Below are positions 63,525 to 64,000 of a stretch of DNA of 64,000 nt, one piece after another; positions within the stretch are counted from its first letter, which is position 1; each line of letters starts with the position of its first letter. The DNA lies in the NCBI GenBank assembly GCA_043228905.1, contig JBHGNT010000012.1:8122001-8186000 (forward strand), in the 5' to 3' direction. This stretch comes from Azolla caroliniana (Eukaryota > Plantae > Polypodiophyta). The notes below the pieces were generated by a model, which saw only the letters and a program-made list of their open reading frames with translations, was not told the origin of the DNA and ran no database searches. The translations under genes and the position numbers were made by a program.

Positions 63525-64000
63525 TGTCAGTTCCTCACCTCGGCTCCTCCTGCTAGCTTGTCTCTTGGCAAACACTCCTCGACCCATCCGATGTTGTGAA
63601 GATTGCTGGCCTTAGCGAGAAAACCAGGAATAACGGGAACATCTACTGGGTGCGGCGTGGGCACCCACCCTTGTGTATACATGCAAAATAATAGGGGAAC
63701 CTTTATGGCGCCAAACAAGAGTTAATTCGGGACAGAGAATCCCATGTACAACGGGATTTATCCCACATTGTTACGCATTCCTCTCCTTGTTTTATAAAAG
63801 GAAGGGAGTGTCCCTTGTAAAAGGGTTCCTAATTTTGAGGTTCCATAGGTCCCCTTTAGCGGGTTCCATTTTTAGGTTTCTTCATAATAGAGTTTGTTTC
63901 CATTTTGTTCGTCTAGGGTTTTATCTTGTACACTAACCTTCGTGTTGTGAGGCTAGAGCTAGGTTCCCTCTCTTTTGTTTTGTCCGGTCTCTGTTCTCTG
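63525..64000 (+). mobile_element. Start of another LTR nested in the preceding Copia; runs off the window
   Basis: Begins TGTCAG exactly where Copia similarity stops; TATAAAAGG at ~63793 is followed by a T-rich R/U5-like region. Confidence 0.5.

Overview
Eukaryotic land-plant genomic DNA, not prokaryotic. It has spliceosomal GT-AG introns, a CYP71-clan P450, a TRM/LONGIFOLIA gene and TTTAGGG-type repeats; a fern or other non-seed plant is a guess only. The first ~12.8 kb is the edge of a ~212-bp tandem satellite. Its inner zone (1-8460) is homogenised into ABC/ABCD higher-order repeats and its outer zone (~9148-12765) is more diverged, with an LTR-like remnant between them. Two host genes can be reconstructed: a 2-exon cytochrome P450 (+, 14208-15888, ~505 aa) and a 5-exon TRM-family gene (-, 49248-45085, ~1015 aa). 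The rest is a retroelement landscape. It holds a very young intact Ty1/Copia (19555-24991, TSD GAGGT) nested in an old Copia, a young intact chromovirus Ty3/Gypsy (28138-35151, TSD ATACC) and a 5'-truncated L1-like LINE with intact ORF2 (36662-42031). Several older LINE fragments and solo or remnant LTRs make up the remainder. The most unusual signals are a regularly spaced array of palindromic hairpin motifs with variable spacers in the chromovirus 5' leader, TG...TA termini in both of its LTRs, a LINE copy ending in (CCCTAAA)3 telomere repeats, the layered HOR satellite, and strong CCGG enrichment in the young Copia. All comparisons were made by eye; no database searches were run.
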